NCBI GenBank assembly: GCA_014237915.1
Contig: JABACC010000013.1
Coordinates: 64,568-128,567, forward strand
Source of the DNA: Candidatus Paceibacter sp.
Lineage (GTDB): Bacteria > Patescibacteriota > Minisyncoccia > Phycocordibacterales > GCA-2747955
DNA length: 64,000 nucleotides
Direction: 5' to 3'
In this document: positions 50,231 to 59,907 of the stretch, piece after piece
How the letters are laid out: every line of letters starts with the position of its first letter
Position numbering within the stretch: the stretch's first letter is position 1
Translations under genes and position numbers: made by a program
The notes under the pieces: model-generated
What the model was told of the DNA's origin: nothing
Seen by the model: only the letters and a program-made list of their open reading frames with translations
Databases searched by the model: none

Positions 50231-51067
50231 TTAAATACTAAAAAAATTTATTCCAAAAAATTTTCTTAATTTTCCAATTTTTGTTCTTTTTATTGAAAGT
50301 GCCAAGCCTTTTGTTTCTAATTTTTCAGCAATTTGCTCAGAAAGAACTCGCATATAAGTTCCTGAAGAACACCGGCATTTTATTTTTAAAATAGTGAATT
50401 TTTTATTTTCTGGAAAATTTTCAAAAACTTTTTTCCATTTTTGACGGATTTCCGCTCTGCGGAAATCCGCCCCTAACTGCTTTGATTTTTCCTCAACTTT
50501 TTTTGGTTTTTCAATTTTCTCAAATATATATTTTTCTAAATCTTTTTTTGAAATTTCTCTTTTTTCTAAAAATTTTAAATAATAAATTTCAACTTCTTTT
50601 TTAGGAATTTCTATTTCGTTTTCCTTTCCTTCTAATTTCCACAAAAAAAGCGGTTTTCCTAAAACTGTTTTTGATGAAAACAACGGATAAGGAAAAAGAT
50701 TTTTTCCTTTAAAAGAATTTAAAATTTTTTGGATTTTTTTAGGTGCAAAAAGCGAAGCTTTTTGCACCTCAATATTTTTTCTATCATTTTCAAAAAAATT
50801 TCCCAAACCTAAAACATCTCCTGTGTCTGAAAAAAAATCAAGCAAAATTTCAACCTCATATTCTTTATCTAAATTTAAATACTTATCTCTTTTTTTACAT
50901 TCATCTCCAACAAGAACAAGCATCTTCCCTTCTGCCATCGGGTCTAATCTCCCAGCGTAGGCCATTTTTTCATTTTCATAAGCTGAATTTTCTTTTTTAA
51001 AATTTTCAATAACTTCCAGTGGAGTTTGCCCAACTTTTTTATTTAAAACTAAAAATTTTTTATTCAT
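50231..51067 (-). CDS. truB: tRNA pseudouridine synthase TruB-like
   Basis: KKVGQTP, YAGRLDPMAEG, KEY, CSSGTYMR. Confidence 0.9.
   Translation of the reverse strand: MNKKFLVLNKKVGQTPLEVIENFKKENSAYENEKMAYAGRLDPMAEGKMLVLVGDECKKRDKYLNLDKEYEVEILLDFFSDTGDVLGLGNFFENDRKNIEVQKASLFAPKKIQKILNSFKGKNLFPYPLFSSKTVLGKPLFLWKLEGKENEIEIPKKEVEIYYLKFLEKREISKKDLEKYIFEKIEKPKKVEEKSKQLGADFRRAEIRQKWKKVFENFPENKKFTILKIKCRCSSGTYMRVLSEQIAEKLETKGLALSIKRTKIGKLRKFFGINFFSI
50445..50469. repeat. Palindrome inside truB, 11-bp arms, C-TCT-G loop
   Basis: cggatttccgc-TCT-gcggaaatccg (ADFRRAEIR). Confidence 0.85.
50741..50769. repeat. Palindrome inside truB, 13-bp arms, C-GAA-G loop
   Basis: aggtgcaaaaagc-GAA-gctttttgcacct (EVQKASLFAP). 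Confidence 0.9.
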
Positions 51068-51701
51068 TTTTTATATAAACTTCACTTAATTGATCTAGGT
51101 TTGGGCCAATCTTGAAAATAATTTTTTTATCTGGATCTTCATCTTTAAAAACCTCTTCACTAAAAATTCCCACCTTATAATCTTCATCAAAAGAAATTAA
51201 AAGCTCTGATTTTTTTGAAATTGGAATTTCTCTTGAAATAAAAACTTCAATTTCTCCAGATCCTGTACCGAAACCTTCAACATCAAAAAAAGTTTCATTC
51301 TCCTCATCTTTCAAAACAAAAATATTTTTTTGCCCGAATGCTGAAAAAAAAGAAATTTTTGAAAAATCATCGGATACAAATTTATTTTTTCCGATAGCCC
51401 AGAAATTTCCTCTAAAAAAATTAAAGATAAGCTCGTCTTCTTTTATTTGTTTATTATCTTTAAAAAAAATTGCAGAGTCATAAAAATTTTTATCTGGCCT
51501 TAAAACAACATTCATTTTAGTAAAGATACTTTCATTAAAAATTTTTTCTTTATTTGGAATTTCAACAAAAATTTCCTCTGGCTCATTTTTTATTAAAAAA
51601 ATATTTCCAAACAAATCAAAAAAAAATGAGTAAAAAAAATACAAGAAAAGAAAAAATAAAATAATTATAAAAAATGTTTTTTTAAAAATATTTCTTTTCA
51701 T
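51060..51701 (-). CDS. MreC-like rod shape protein (divergent)
   Basis: Follows mreB; N-terminal TM; VVLRP...YD, GFGTG, IGPNLDQLSEVYI. Confidence 0.6.
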   Translation of the reverse strand: MKRNIFKKTFFIIILFFLFLYFFYSFFFDLFGNIFLIKNEPEEIFVEIPNKEKIFNESIFTKMNVVLRPDKNFYDSAIFFKDNKQIKEDELIFNFFRGNFWAIGKNKFVSDDFSKISFFSAFGQKNIFVLKDEENETFFDVEGFGTGSGEIEVFISREIPISKKSELLISFDEDYKVGIFSEEVFKDEDPDKKIIFKIGPNLDQLSEVYIKNE

Positions 51702-51702
51702 T

Positions 51703-52806
51703 TTAAATACTTAAAGAAAGCTCTTTTTCTTCATCAACAAAAGATTCTTTGTAATAATCTAGGTCTTCAAGAGCAATTCCAGTTCCTCTCACAACTGCTG
51801 TCAAAGGATCTTCCACAATGTGAACTTTTGTATTTAGATTTTTTTTAATTAATTTATCAAGACCGCAAATTAAAGATCCCCCTCCGGTGATAAAAATTCC
51901 AGACTCTAAAACATCAGAAATAATTTCTGGTGGAGTTTTTTCTACAACTTCTTTAACTCCTTCAATTAAAAGATCAATTGAGTCTTTCATCGCTTTTTGA
52001 ATATCTGAAGAATAAATTTCAACTTCTTTTGGAATTCCATTCACGGAATCTCTTCCTCTTATTTTAAAACTTATGTCTTTTTCTTTTTTCTTAATCTCCA
52101 AAACAGAACAAATTTTAATTTTTGCTTCTTCGGCTGTTTTTTCTCCGATAATTATTTTGTATCTTTCTTTAACATACTCAATTATATTTTGATTAAAATG
52201 ATCACCAGCGATTTTCATATTTTTTGAAGCCACAATTCCACCAAGAGAAATAACGGCAACATCTGTTGTTCCTCCGCCAATATCAATAATTATTGTCCCT
52301 TTAGCTTCTTTTACAGGAAGATTTTCGCCAATCGCTGCTGCCATCGGTTCTTCAATAATAAAAACTTCACGTGCTCCAGCATCATACGCCGCGTCTCTAA
52401 CAGCCCTTGTCTCAACATTTGTAATGCCGGAAGGAACTCCCACTAAAACTCTCGGGCCCAAAATACCAATTTTTTTAGCAAAATCTCTTTCGGCTTTGTT
52501 TATCAAAAAAGCAATCATTTCTCCAGCCACTTCAAAATTAGAAATAACTCCGTCAACAACAGGCCTTTCAGCTTTTATGTGCATTGGTGTTCTTCCGAGC
52601 ATATTTTTTGCCTCAGAGCCCACAGCCACCACTCTTCCTGTTTTTTCATTTATAGCCACCACAGATGGTTCGTTTATAACAATTCCCTTTCCAGAAACAT
52701 AAACTAAAGCGTTGGCCGTTCCTAAATCAATTCCAATATCATTTGAAATTCTTTTTATAAAAAACCTCCTTACTTTATTAAAAGAATCTTTAATTTTTTC
52801 TAACAT
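51703..52806 (-). CDS. mreB: Rod shape-determining protein MreB
   Basis: IGIDLGTAN, EPSVVA, EEPMAAAIG, DIGGGTT. Confidence 0.97.
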   Translation of the reverse strand: MLEKIKDSFNKVRRFFIKRISNDIGIDLGTANALVYVSGKGIVINEPSVVAINEKTGRVVAVGSEAKNMLGRTPMHIKAERPVVDGVISNFEVAGEMIAFLINKAERDFAKKIGILGPRVLVGVPSGITNVETRAVRDAAYDAGAREVFIIEEPMAAAIGENLPVKEAKGTIIIDIGGGTTDVAVISLGGIVASKNMKIAGDHFNQNIIEYVKERYKIIIGEKTAEEAKIKICSVLEIKKKEKDISFKIRGRDSVNGIPKEVEIYSSDIQKAMKDSIDLLIEGVKEVVEKTPPEIISDVLESGIFITGGGSLICGLDKLIKKNLNTKVHIVEDPLTAVVRGTGIALEDLDYYKESFVDEEKELSLSI

Positions 52807-52857
52807 AAAAATAATTTTAACAAAAAAAAATGAAAAAAACGATTTATTAAAAATAAT

Positions 52858-53508
52858 TTAATCTTTATTTTTTTCAAAAATAGCTTTAATATTTCCAAAA
52901 TTGCTTTTCCAAATCTCACAACATTCAAAATTATTTTCAAAAAATATTTCTTTTAAAGAATCTTCTGTGTAAAGATGCATTTTTTCTTCAATTTTAAAAT
53001 CATCTTTGGCTTTTTTTGTGGGAGAAAAAATGGGTGAATTTATTTTTCCATAAAATTTTTCATCTTTTAAAAAATAAGTGTCGGGCGAACAAACAGAAAT
53101 GAAAACCTTGCCCCCTTTTTTCACTTTTTTATTTAAAATTTTTAAAAAATCTTTGGCTTCATTTTCTTTTAAATAGTGAAAAAATCTTCCCATAAAAACT
53201 CCTGAGATGTTGTCTGGAAAATCTTTGTATTTTGCTTTTCCAATATTTATTTTTTTAAAAATAAAATTTTTAGAATTATAAAAATAAGAAGTTAATAAAA
53301 ATAAAAAAAATGGAATTTTTTTCTCATCGTATAAAAAAACTTTTTTGCCAAGAAGAAAAAACAAAATTCCCATTTTTCCAGATCCGCACCCAATGTCTAA
53401 GAAAATTTCTCCTTTTTTTTTCTCAAGAGCAAAAGAAACAGCTTTTTTTTCTAAATCATCAATTTTATTTTTAGAAATATCTATTCCTTTTTTTTTCTTA
53501 GAAAACAT
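52858..53508 (-). CDS. Class I SAM-dependent methyltransferase
   Basis: FLDIGCGSG, FFHYL, KKGG. Confidence 0.85.
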   Translation of the reverse strand: MFSKKKKGIDISKNKIDDLEKKAVSFALEKKKGEIFLDIGCGSGKMGILFFLLGKKVFLYDEKKIPFFLFLLTSYFYNSKNFIFKKINIGKAKYKDFPDNISGVFMGRFFHYLKENEAKDFLKILNKKVKKGGKVFISVCSPDTYFLKDEKFYGKINSPIFSPTKKAKDDFKIEEKMHLYTEDSLKEIFFENNFECCEIWKSNFGNIKAIFEKNKD

Positions 53509-53560
53509 AAAAATATATTTGTATTATACATTTTTTTTTGTTAAAATTTTTGAAAATTAT

Positions 53561-53632
53561 TCCACAGTAGCTCAGTGGTAGAGCAGTTGACTGTTAATCA
53601 ATTGGCCGTAGGTTCGAATCCTACCTGTGGAG
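53561..53632 (+). tRNA. tRNA-Asn(GTT)
   Basis: tccacag/ctgtgga acceptor stem, ctGTTaa loop, GGTTCGAATCC. Confidence 0.96.
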
Positions 53633-53764
53633 CAAAAATACAAATTCTAAATCAAAACAGATAGTAAATATCTATCTCCCGAATCTGGAGCTTATTTTTT
53701 TATTAATAAAAATAAAATTGAATTTATTTTTTTTTATTGATAAAATAATATAAATTAACAAAAT

Positions 53765-55012
53765 ATGAAAACATACAAAAAAAATGAAGAATTAAAGAAA
53801 GATATGCCTGAAAAACAAGTGTTTTATTATGTGGACGAAAAAGAAGAACTTAATGTTTTATCCAGAGAAGTCTATAAAAAAAGACCTCTAGAGGTTCATT
53901 ATCCTTTTAAAAAGGATGGTGGGCCAAAATATAAATACATTAAATCTGTAGAATTTCATAATATTTCACCATCATTAATTAAGGGTGTCTTAAAATCACC
54001 AAAAATGGGACTCGGTTTTACTCGTTATCTCAGTCCTGTTGTATACGAATTAGAAAAATTTGAAAATATACAAAAAATAATAATATCTAAAAACGACCAA
54101 TCCTATTTTGATAAAAAAAGTATTACTTTTAATATTTGTGACCTTGAGAAAATGTTTAGGTGCTTAAAACCGTTTAAAGATGTCCAGTCCAGTAAATTAA
54201 AGACAACTTCTAATAATTTACTTTCGGAAATATTTCCAGAAAAAATAAAAGAGGTTGGGCACTCTTATACTAAAAATGAGCTAGGTATTTTTATAAGAGA
54301 AAATAAACTAACGCCTGATGAATTATCTGAAAAAGATGTGGAGAGTGTCATCTCGTTAATTCCTAAAAATATAAGTACTGAAAAAGTTTTCTTCCAAGCA
54401 GAAGAAAAAATAAATTTCATTAAGTTGAACAAAATCAAAGAAGATTTTAATAAATTACTTAATCAAAAAACAGACACCTCTAAGCTAGAAGAAAAATGTC
54501 AACAATTTTTTAAAAAAAATAGCTGGGTACTTTCCAATATCCTTTCTGTTCCTGTAGCCATACTGAAGGACAAGGCTTACGTAGGGGGTAAAGACTATAA
54601 AGACACAGGTGGACGAATCGCTGACTTTCTATATAGTAATAAATTTACAAAGAATGTTTGTGTAATTGAAATTAAAACTCCACTAAAAAAAATTATTGAC
54701 GCAAAAACACCATACAGAAAGCCTGATGTGTTTAGTCTTGGAAAAGAACTCACGGGTGGTATCGTCCAGGTATTAGACCAGAAGGATAATTTGCAGAAAG
54801 ATTTTTATAAGCTCTCTCAAGGTGATGAATTCAAATCCTTTAATCCTAAAGTTTTATTAGTAATAGGTAGGATTTCTTCGCTAACTAGTGAACAGTTGAA
54901 ATCATTTGAATTATTCAGGGGTAACATTAAAGATGTTGAAGTGGTAACTTTTGATGAATTGAATGAGAGGACAGATATAATATTCGGTAATTTTCTAGAT
55001 AACAAAAAATAA
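53765..55012 (+). CDS. sduA: Shedu-type anti-phage nuclease (DUF4263)
   Basis: EEKCQQFFKKNSWVL, ADFL, VIEIKTP, GGIVQVLDQK, LVIGR, VVTFDEL. Confidence 0.88.
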   Translation: MKTYKKNEELKKDMPEKQVFYYVDEKEELNVLSREVYKKRPLEVHYPFKKDGGPKYKYIKSVEFHNISPSLIKGVLKSPKMGLGFTRYLSPVVYELEKFENIQKIIISKNDQSYFDKKSITFNICDLEKMFRCLKPFKDVQSSKLKTTSNNLLSEIFPEKIKEVGHSYTKNELGIFIRENKLTPDELSEKDVESVISLIPKNISTEKVFFQAEEKINFIKLNKIKEDFNKLLNQKTDTSKLEEKCQQFFKKNSWVLSNILSVPVAILKDKAYVGGKDYKDTGGRIADFLYSNKFTKNVCVIEIKTPLKKIIDAKTPYRKPDVFSLGKELTGGIVQVLDQKDNLQKDFYKLSQGDEFKSFNPKVLLVIGRISSLTSEQLKSFELFRGNIKDVEVVTFDELNERTDIIFGNFLDNKK

Positions 55013-55142
55013 TACAAGAAACCTTTGAGTGGATGAAAACTAATGCTGAAAAATTTAAAAGCACGTTTTCAAAATATTTCTAAAAAATATTTTATTTTTT
55101 GCAAAAAAAGTTGTTTTTAGTATAATTTTAAAAAAATTTATT

Positions 55143-55215
55143 GCCACTTTAGCTCAGTTGGTAGAGCAATGGTTTTGTAAACCATAGGTCGTGGGTTCGA
55201 ATCCCTCAAGTGGCT
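55143..55215 (+). tRNA. tRNA-Thr(TGT)
   Basis: gccactt/aagtggc acceptor stem, atggt-ttTGTaa-accat, GGTTCGAATCC. Confidence 0.96.
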
Positions 55216-55226
55216 CAAAAAGTTAA

Positions 55227-55306
55227 AAAAATTTTGAGAAAGAATAGCCAAAAAAATGGAAAGCAATTGCTTTCCATTTTTTTGGCTATTCTTTCTCAAA
55301 ATTTTT
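55227..55306. repeat. 80-bp perfect spacerless palindrome (40-bp arms)
   Basis: Centre GCAA|TTGC at 55266/55267; exact complementarity checked by eye. Confidence 0.96.
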
Positions 55307-55310
55307 AAAA

Positions 55311-56063
55311 TTATTCTCCTACCCCAACTCTCACAAATCTTAAAACTTCAGCGCCTTCTAAAAAATCTGAAATTTTTTGTTCTGGATTTTTAATATATTC
55401 TTGAGTAAGTAAAACTCTTTCTTTAAAATAAGCTGAAAGTTTTCCTTCTAAAATTTTTTCTCTCATTTGTTCTGGCTTGTCTGCAACTTCTTTTTCTAAA
55501 ACTTCTTTGGCTTTGTTTTTTTCATCATCAGAAATATTTTCTTCTGAAACATAAACTGGATTTTGTGCTGCAATATGCATTGAAAGATCTCTGGATTTTT
55601 CTCCAATATTTTCTGAAAGCTCAACCATTGCTCCAATTTTATTATTGCTGTGTATGTAAAAACCAACATTTCCTGAATATTTTTCTTGTTTTGCAACTTC
55701 AATTCTTTCTCCAAATTTTTGAACCATTTCAGAAACAATTTCTTCTGTTTCTTCTCCCGCCAAAATTTTTTCTGCAATTTTTTTAGCAAATTCTCCAAAC
55801 TCTTCATTGTTTGCCACAAAATCTGTTTCACAAGCAAGCTCTATCATTAAAGTTTCTGAAGAATTTTGAGCAACTGAAATAACTCCAGATCCAAGTTCCC
55901 TGTCTCCTTTTTTGGCTGCAATTTCTCCTGATTTTTTGGTTAAGGCTATTTTTGCTTTTTCTAAATCCCCTCCAGCTTCCTCTAAAGCTTTTTTGCATTG
56001 CATAATAGAAACTCCTGTTTGCTCTCTTAATTTTTTTACTAAATCAATATTTATTTCACTCAT
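55311..56063 (-). CDS. tsf: Elongation factor Ts
   Basis: VKKLREQTG..MQCKKAL, ELACETDFVA, MHIAA. Confidence 0.97.
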   Translation of the reverse strand: MSEINIDLVKKLREQTGVSIMQCKKALEEAGGDLEKAKIALTKKSGEIAAKKGDRELGSGVISVAQNSSETLMIELACETDFVANNEEFGEFAKKIAEKILAGEETEEIVSEMVQKFGERIEVAKQEKYSGNVGFYIHSNNKIGAMVELSENIGEKSRDLSMHIAAQNPVYVSEENISDDEKNKAKEVLEKEVADKPEQMREKILEGKLSAYFKERVLLTQEYIKNPEQKISDFLEGAEVLRFVRVGVGE

Positions 56064-56075
56064 TTTATTTTTTAA

Positions 56076-56759
56076 TTAATTTTTTTTAAAATCTGACACA
56101 AGTTCTTTTAAAATAATTTCTGTAGTTTTTGCAGAAGCGTCGTTTGCCGCAATTGGAAAATCAATTTTTGAAAGATTGCAGTCTGTACTAGAAATTGAAA
56201 TAATTTTTACTCCAGTTTCTTTAGCTTCTTTTACAGCAATACTTTCAAAACCAGAATCAACAACAAAAATTACTTTTGGTTTTTCATTTAAAGATAGAAG
56301 TCCTATATAGTATCTTTTTAATTTTTCAACTTCTCTTTCTAAATTTAATCTTTCTTTTTTTGTAAATCTTGTAAGTTCGCCTTTTTCAAATGAATCCATT
56401 AATTCTTGAAGTCTTTTTGATCTTTTTCTAATTTCAGAAAAGTTTGTTAAAGTTCCACCGATCCAACGAGTAGAAACATAAGGAAAGCCAAAAGATGAAG
56501 CAACTTCTTTTACGAAATCTCTTGATTCTTTTTTGTTTGCTAAAAATAAAACCTTTCCTCCTTTTGAGTGAATTTCTGTTAAAAATTTTTTAGCTTCCAA
56601 AATAGCAAGTGCTGTTTTTTCTAAATTTATAATATCAACTCCTTTTTTGTTTGTTAATATATTTTCTTTTGTTGTCGGGTGTCTTTTTGATTTTGAGTAG
56701 CCAAAATGTGCTCCCGCGGCAAACAATTCGTCTACTAATTTATTATTAATTTTATCCAT
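56076..56759 (-). CDS. rpsB: 30S ribosomal protein S2
   Basis: AGAHFG, RWIGGTLTNF, PIAANDA. Confidence 0.97.
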   Translation of the reverse strand: MDKINNKLVDELFAAGAHFGYSKSKRHPTTKENILTNKKGVDIINLEKTALAILEAKKFLTEIHSKGGKVLFLANKKESRDFVKEVASSFGFPYVSTRWIGGTLTNFSEIRKRSKRLQELMDSFEKGELTRFTKKERLNLEREVEKLKRYYIGLLSLNEKPKVIFVVDSGFESIAVKEAKETGVKIISISSTDCNLSKIDFPIAANDASAKTTEIILKELVSDFKKN

Positions 56760-56795
56760 AATGAGCGATATTTTAACAAATTTTCAGTTTTTAGC

Positions 56796-56842
56796 AAAGA
56801 AAAAGCGGGCAAAAAGCTTCGCTTTTTGCCCGCTTTTTCTTT
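56796..56842. repeat. Perfect palindrome, 22-bp arms, C-TTC-G loop
   Basis: aaagaaaaagcgggcaaaaagc-TTC-exact reverse complement, between divergent rpsB and thrS. Confidence 0.96.
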
Positions 56843-56874
56843 TTACACTTAATTTTTATGTTAAAATTCTTCTT

Positions 56875-58620
56875 ATGGATAAAAATAGCAAAATTTACAA
56901 AATTAGGCATTCTTTTTCTCATCTTTTAGCAATTGCAATTTTAGAAAAATTTCCAGATGCAAAAATTGTTTCAGGGCCCCCCACAGAAACTGGCTTTTTT
57001 TATGGAGTTGATTTTGGAAAAGAAAAAGTTGAAGAAAAAGATTTAAAAGATTTTCAAAAAAAGATAAAAAAATTAATTTCTCAAAACCTAGCTTTCATAA
57101 AAGAAGAAAAAACAAAAGAAGAACTTTTAGAATTTTACAAAAACAACGAATACAAAAAAGAAATTACTGAAGATAAAGCCAAAGACGGAAAACCTCTTAC
57201 AATTTACAAAACAGGTGAAAATTTTTTTGATCTTTGCTCTGGGCCTCACGTGGAACACTCTGCTGATTTGCCAATTGACTCTTTTCGAATTGATAAAATT
57301 TCAGGAGCTTATTTTAAGGCAGATGAGAAAAGACCAATGCTCACAAGAATTTATGGAACAGCTTTTGAAACAAAAGAAGGTTTGGAAAATCACGACAAAA
57401 TGCTTAAAGAAGCAGAAAAAAGAGACCACCGAAAAATTGGAAAAAAATTAGATTTATTTACTTTTTCTGATTTGGTTGGGTCTGGGCTTCCTCTTTTTAC
57501 TCCCAAAGGAACTTTAATGAGAAATTTAATAACAGAAGAAATTGAAAAAATTCAAAAAAATTTTGGTTGGCAAAAAGTTACAATTCCTCATATTACAAAA
57601 AAAGATTTATACGAAAAATCTGGGCATTGGGAAAAATTTGGAGACGAGCTTTTTAAAGTTTCTGGAAAAACCGATCAAGAATTTGTTATGAAACCAATGA
57701 ACTGCCCTCATCACACACAAATATATTCAGCAAACCCAAGATCTTATAAAGATCTTCCTCTAAGATTTTCAGAAAACGGAGTTGTTTACCGAGACGAACA
57801 GCAAGGAGAGCTTCTGGGAATTTCCAGGGTTCGCGCAATTACTCAAGATGACGGCCACTCTTTTTGCACCCCAGAGCAAGTTGAAGAGGAAATTTCAAAT
57901 ATTATTTTAATAATCAAAAAATTTTACACAAAGTTTGAAATGTTTGATGAGAAAAATTTATCGGTTTCACTTTCTATTTCTGATCCAAAAAAACCTGAAA
58001 AATATATGTTGGAAGACGGGCTTTTTAAAAAGGCAGAAGAAATTTTAGAAAAAATCGCCATAAAAGAAAACTTACCTTACAAAAAAATTGAAGGTGAGGC
58101 AGCTTTTTACGGGCCAAAACTTGATTTTCATTTTAAAGATGCGCTCGGAAGGAGTTGGCAGTTAGCCACCGCTCAGCTTGATTTTTCAATGCCAAAAAGA
58201 TTTGATCTTCTCTACACAGACAGCGACGGACAGAAAAAAAACCCTGTAATGATACACCGAGCAATTGCTGGATCTTTGGAAAGATTTATGTCTGTAATGA
58301 TAGAACATTTTGCAGGAGAATTTCCTTTTTGGCTCTGCCCTGTTCAAGTTTCCGTAATTCCAATTGCTGAAAATTTAAATCAAAAAGCAAAAGAAATTAC
58401 AAAATTTTTAGAAGAAAATAATTTTAGAGTTGAAAGTGATTATTCAAAAGAATCTTTTGGAAAAAAAGTAAGATCTGCAAAAGAGCAAAAAATTCCTTAT
58501 TTTATAATTGTTGGCGAGCGTGATCCTGAAGGAAAATTCACATTAGAATCAAGAGACTCTGAAGAAAAATTAGTTTTAACTCCAGAAGAGATTTTAGAAA
58601 AATTTGAAAAAGAAAATTAA
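56875..58620 (+). CDS. thrS: Threonine--tRNA ligase
   Basis: RHSFSHLLA, DLCSGPH, RDHRKIG, KPMNCP, FYGPK; start moved to MDKNSK. Confidence 0.97.
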   Translation: MDKNSKIYKIRHSFSHLLAIAILEKFPDAKIVSGPPTETGFFYGVDFGKEKVEEKDLKDFQKKIKKLISQNLAFIKEEKTKEELLEFYKNNEYKKEITEDKAKDGKPLTIYKTGENFFDLCSGPHVEHSADLPIDSFRIDKISGAYFKADEKRPMLTRIYGTAFETKEGLENHDKMLKEAEKRDHRKIGKKLDLFTFSDLVGSGLPLFTPKGTLMRNLITEEIEKIQKNFGWQKVTIPHITKKDLYEKSGHWEKFGDELFKVSGKTDQEFVMKPMNCPHHTQIYSANPRSYKDLPLRFSENGVVYRDEQQGELLGISRVRAITQDDGHSFCTPEQVEEEISNIILIIKKFYTKFEMFDEKNLSVSLSISDPKKPEKYMLEDGLFKKAEEILEKIAIKENLPYKKIEGEAAFYGPKLDFHFKDALGRSWQLATAQLDFSMPKRFDLLYTDSDGQKKNPVMIHRAIAGSLERFMSVMIEHFAGEFPFWLCPVQVSVIPIAENLNQKAKEITKFLEENNFRVESDYSKESFGKKVRSAKEQKIPYFIIVGERDPEGKFTLESRDSEEKLVLTPEEILEKFEKEN

Positions 58621-58630
58621 ATTTAAAAAA

Positions 58631-58685
58631 TTTGAAAAAAATAAAAAGCGCGCACCGAAGGTGCGCGCTTTTTATTTTTTTCAAA
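58631..58685. repeat. Perfect palindrome, 26-bp arms, C-GAA-G loop
   Basis: tttgaaaaaaataaaaagcgcgcacc-GAA-exact reverse complement. Confidence 0.96.
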
Positions 58686-58699
58686 ATTTTAGTTTTTTA

Positions 58700-58738
58700 A
58701 AATATTTTTTAGGCGGAAAAAGCTTCACTTTTTCCGCC
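58700..58738. repeat. Left island-boundary palindrome (degenerate copy of 61292-61337)
   Basis: aaatattttttaggcggaaaaagc-TTC-actttttccgcc. Confidence 0.88.
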
Positions 58739-58753
58739 CAAAAAATAAACTCA

Positions 58754-59116
58754 TCAATCTATCTCAAATTTTAAAAAATTTTTAATTCTTTTCTTATCCT
58801 CGATTGCTTTATTGCCTTTAAAATAAATATCAATAAAGAAAATTTCATTTTTTTCTATATTATAAAAATAAATAAGTCTTATTCTATCTGAGCTTTTCAA
58901 AGATCTGCATCTAACCCTAACTTTAAAAACTTGTTCAGAAAAACCCATTATTGGATCAATTCTTATTATTCTAGTGCCCTCCTTATTTTTCCCTGTTGGA
59001 AATTTACTGATTATTTTTTCCACTATAGCCAAATCTTCTTCTAAAGATATATATTTTTTCTTTAGCTTTTCAAAATCTTTTGAAAATTCTTTCGTTTCCT
59101 CTATTCTGATATTCAT
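58754..59116 (-). CDS. RelE/ParE-like toxin
   Basis: EETKEFSKDFEKLKKKYISLEEDL...VFKVRV...RIRLIY...IDIYFKG. Confidence 0.8.
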   Translation of the reverse strand: MNIRIEETKEFSKDFEKLKKKYISLEEDLAIVEKIISKFPTGKNKEGTRIIRIDPIMGFSEQVFKVRVRCRSLKSSDRIRLIYFYNIEKNEIFFIDIYFKGNKAIEDKKRIKNFLKFEID

Positions 59117-59121
59117 AAAAT

Positions 59122-59811
59122 CTATTTAACGGAAAACTCTTCGCTTCTATAAAAAACATACTCGTAATCAATATCTTCTAAATCATTGGCTACAGCCCAA
59201 GGTATATCTCTATGAGAAATATTCGATATCTCTGTAGCATTTTTTTCTGAATACTTTTTTAAAACATCATTTATTAAATCAAGTTCTTGGCCAGTAAGTA
59301 AAGATAAGTCTGGATTTTCTCGTGGTAAAAATTTTTTTTGCTCTTTTTTATAATGGGAAGATTTTACCTCTTCTATTTTTTTATCTTCTTTCATTTTTTT
59401 AATAAGTCTTTCAAAATTTCTAGGAGTTGGCCCGTGTTTATTTTTAAAATAAGTAAGTCCCATTAACTGCTTTTGATATTTTTCATAATAATCAAAATCA
59501 ATAAAATATAAAATTTTATACAATACTGTTTGCCCAACATTTGGTTTGGCTCCAATTTGATTTAAAATATATAAAAAAACTTGTCTAAACTTATCTTCTT
59601 TTTCTTGTGGAATATTTATCTTTAAATTTTTCTCTTGGTTTTCTTTTTCAAAGAAATTAAAAAATTCTTTGATTTTATCTTCTTCATCTTTTTTTAATTT
59701 TCTTTCTCCTTTTTCTATTTTTATTAAAGTTGGTCTAGAAACACCAATCTCTTTTGCTAAATACTCTTGAGAAATGGAAAACTCCTTTCTTTTTTTCAAA
59801 ATATTAATCAT
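59122..59811 (-). CDS. XRE-HTH + DUF4065 (Panacea/SocA-like) antitoxin
   Basis: SQEYLAKEIGVSRPTL..IEKG; KILYFIDF, HGPTP, SHRDIPW. Confidence 0.88.
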   Translation of the reverse strand: MINILKKRKEFSISQEYLAKEIGVSRPTLIKIEKGERKLKKDEEDKIKEFFNFFEKENQEKNLKINIPQEKEDKFRQVFLYILNQIGAKPNVGQTVLYKILYFIDFDYYEKYQKQLMGLTYFKNKHGPTPRNFERLIKKMKEDKKIEEVKSSHYKKEQKKFLPRENPDLSLLTGQELDLINDVLKKYSEKNATEISNISHRDIPWAVANDLEDIDYEYVFYRSEEFSVK

Positions 59812-59907
59812 ATAATTAACATTATAAACAAATATGTAAAATATTACAAATTTTTTTGTAAATTTAATAAAAATACATTTCCTGTTTTAAACTTAAAAAA
59901 AATAAGC

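Noticed and set aside
53676-53692. tRNA-Asn 3' duplication (att site)
   Set aside because: cgaatc...tggagc is only a short gapped match and lies on the same side of the Shedu gene as the tRNA.
48757-56874. N-terminal extensions of TrpS, Fmt and ThrS given by the ORF track
   Set aside because: They read through promoter and palindrome DNA; homology begins at the downstream ATGs.
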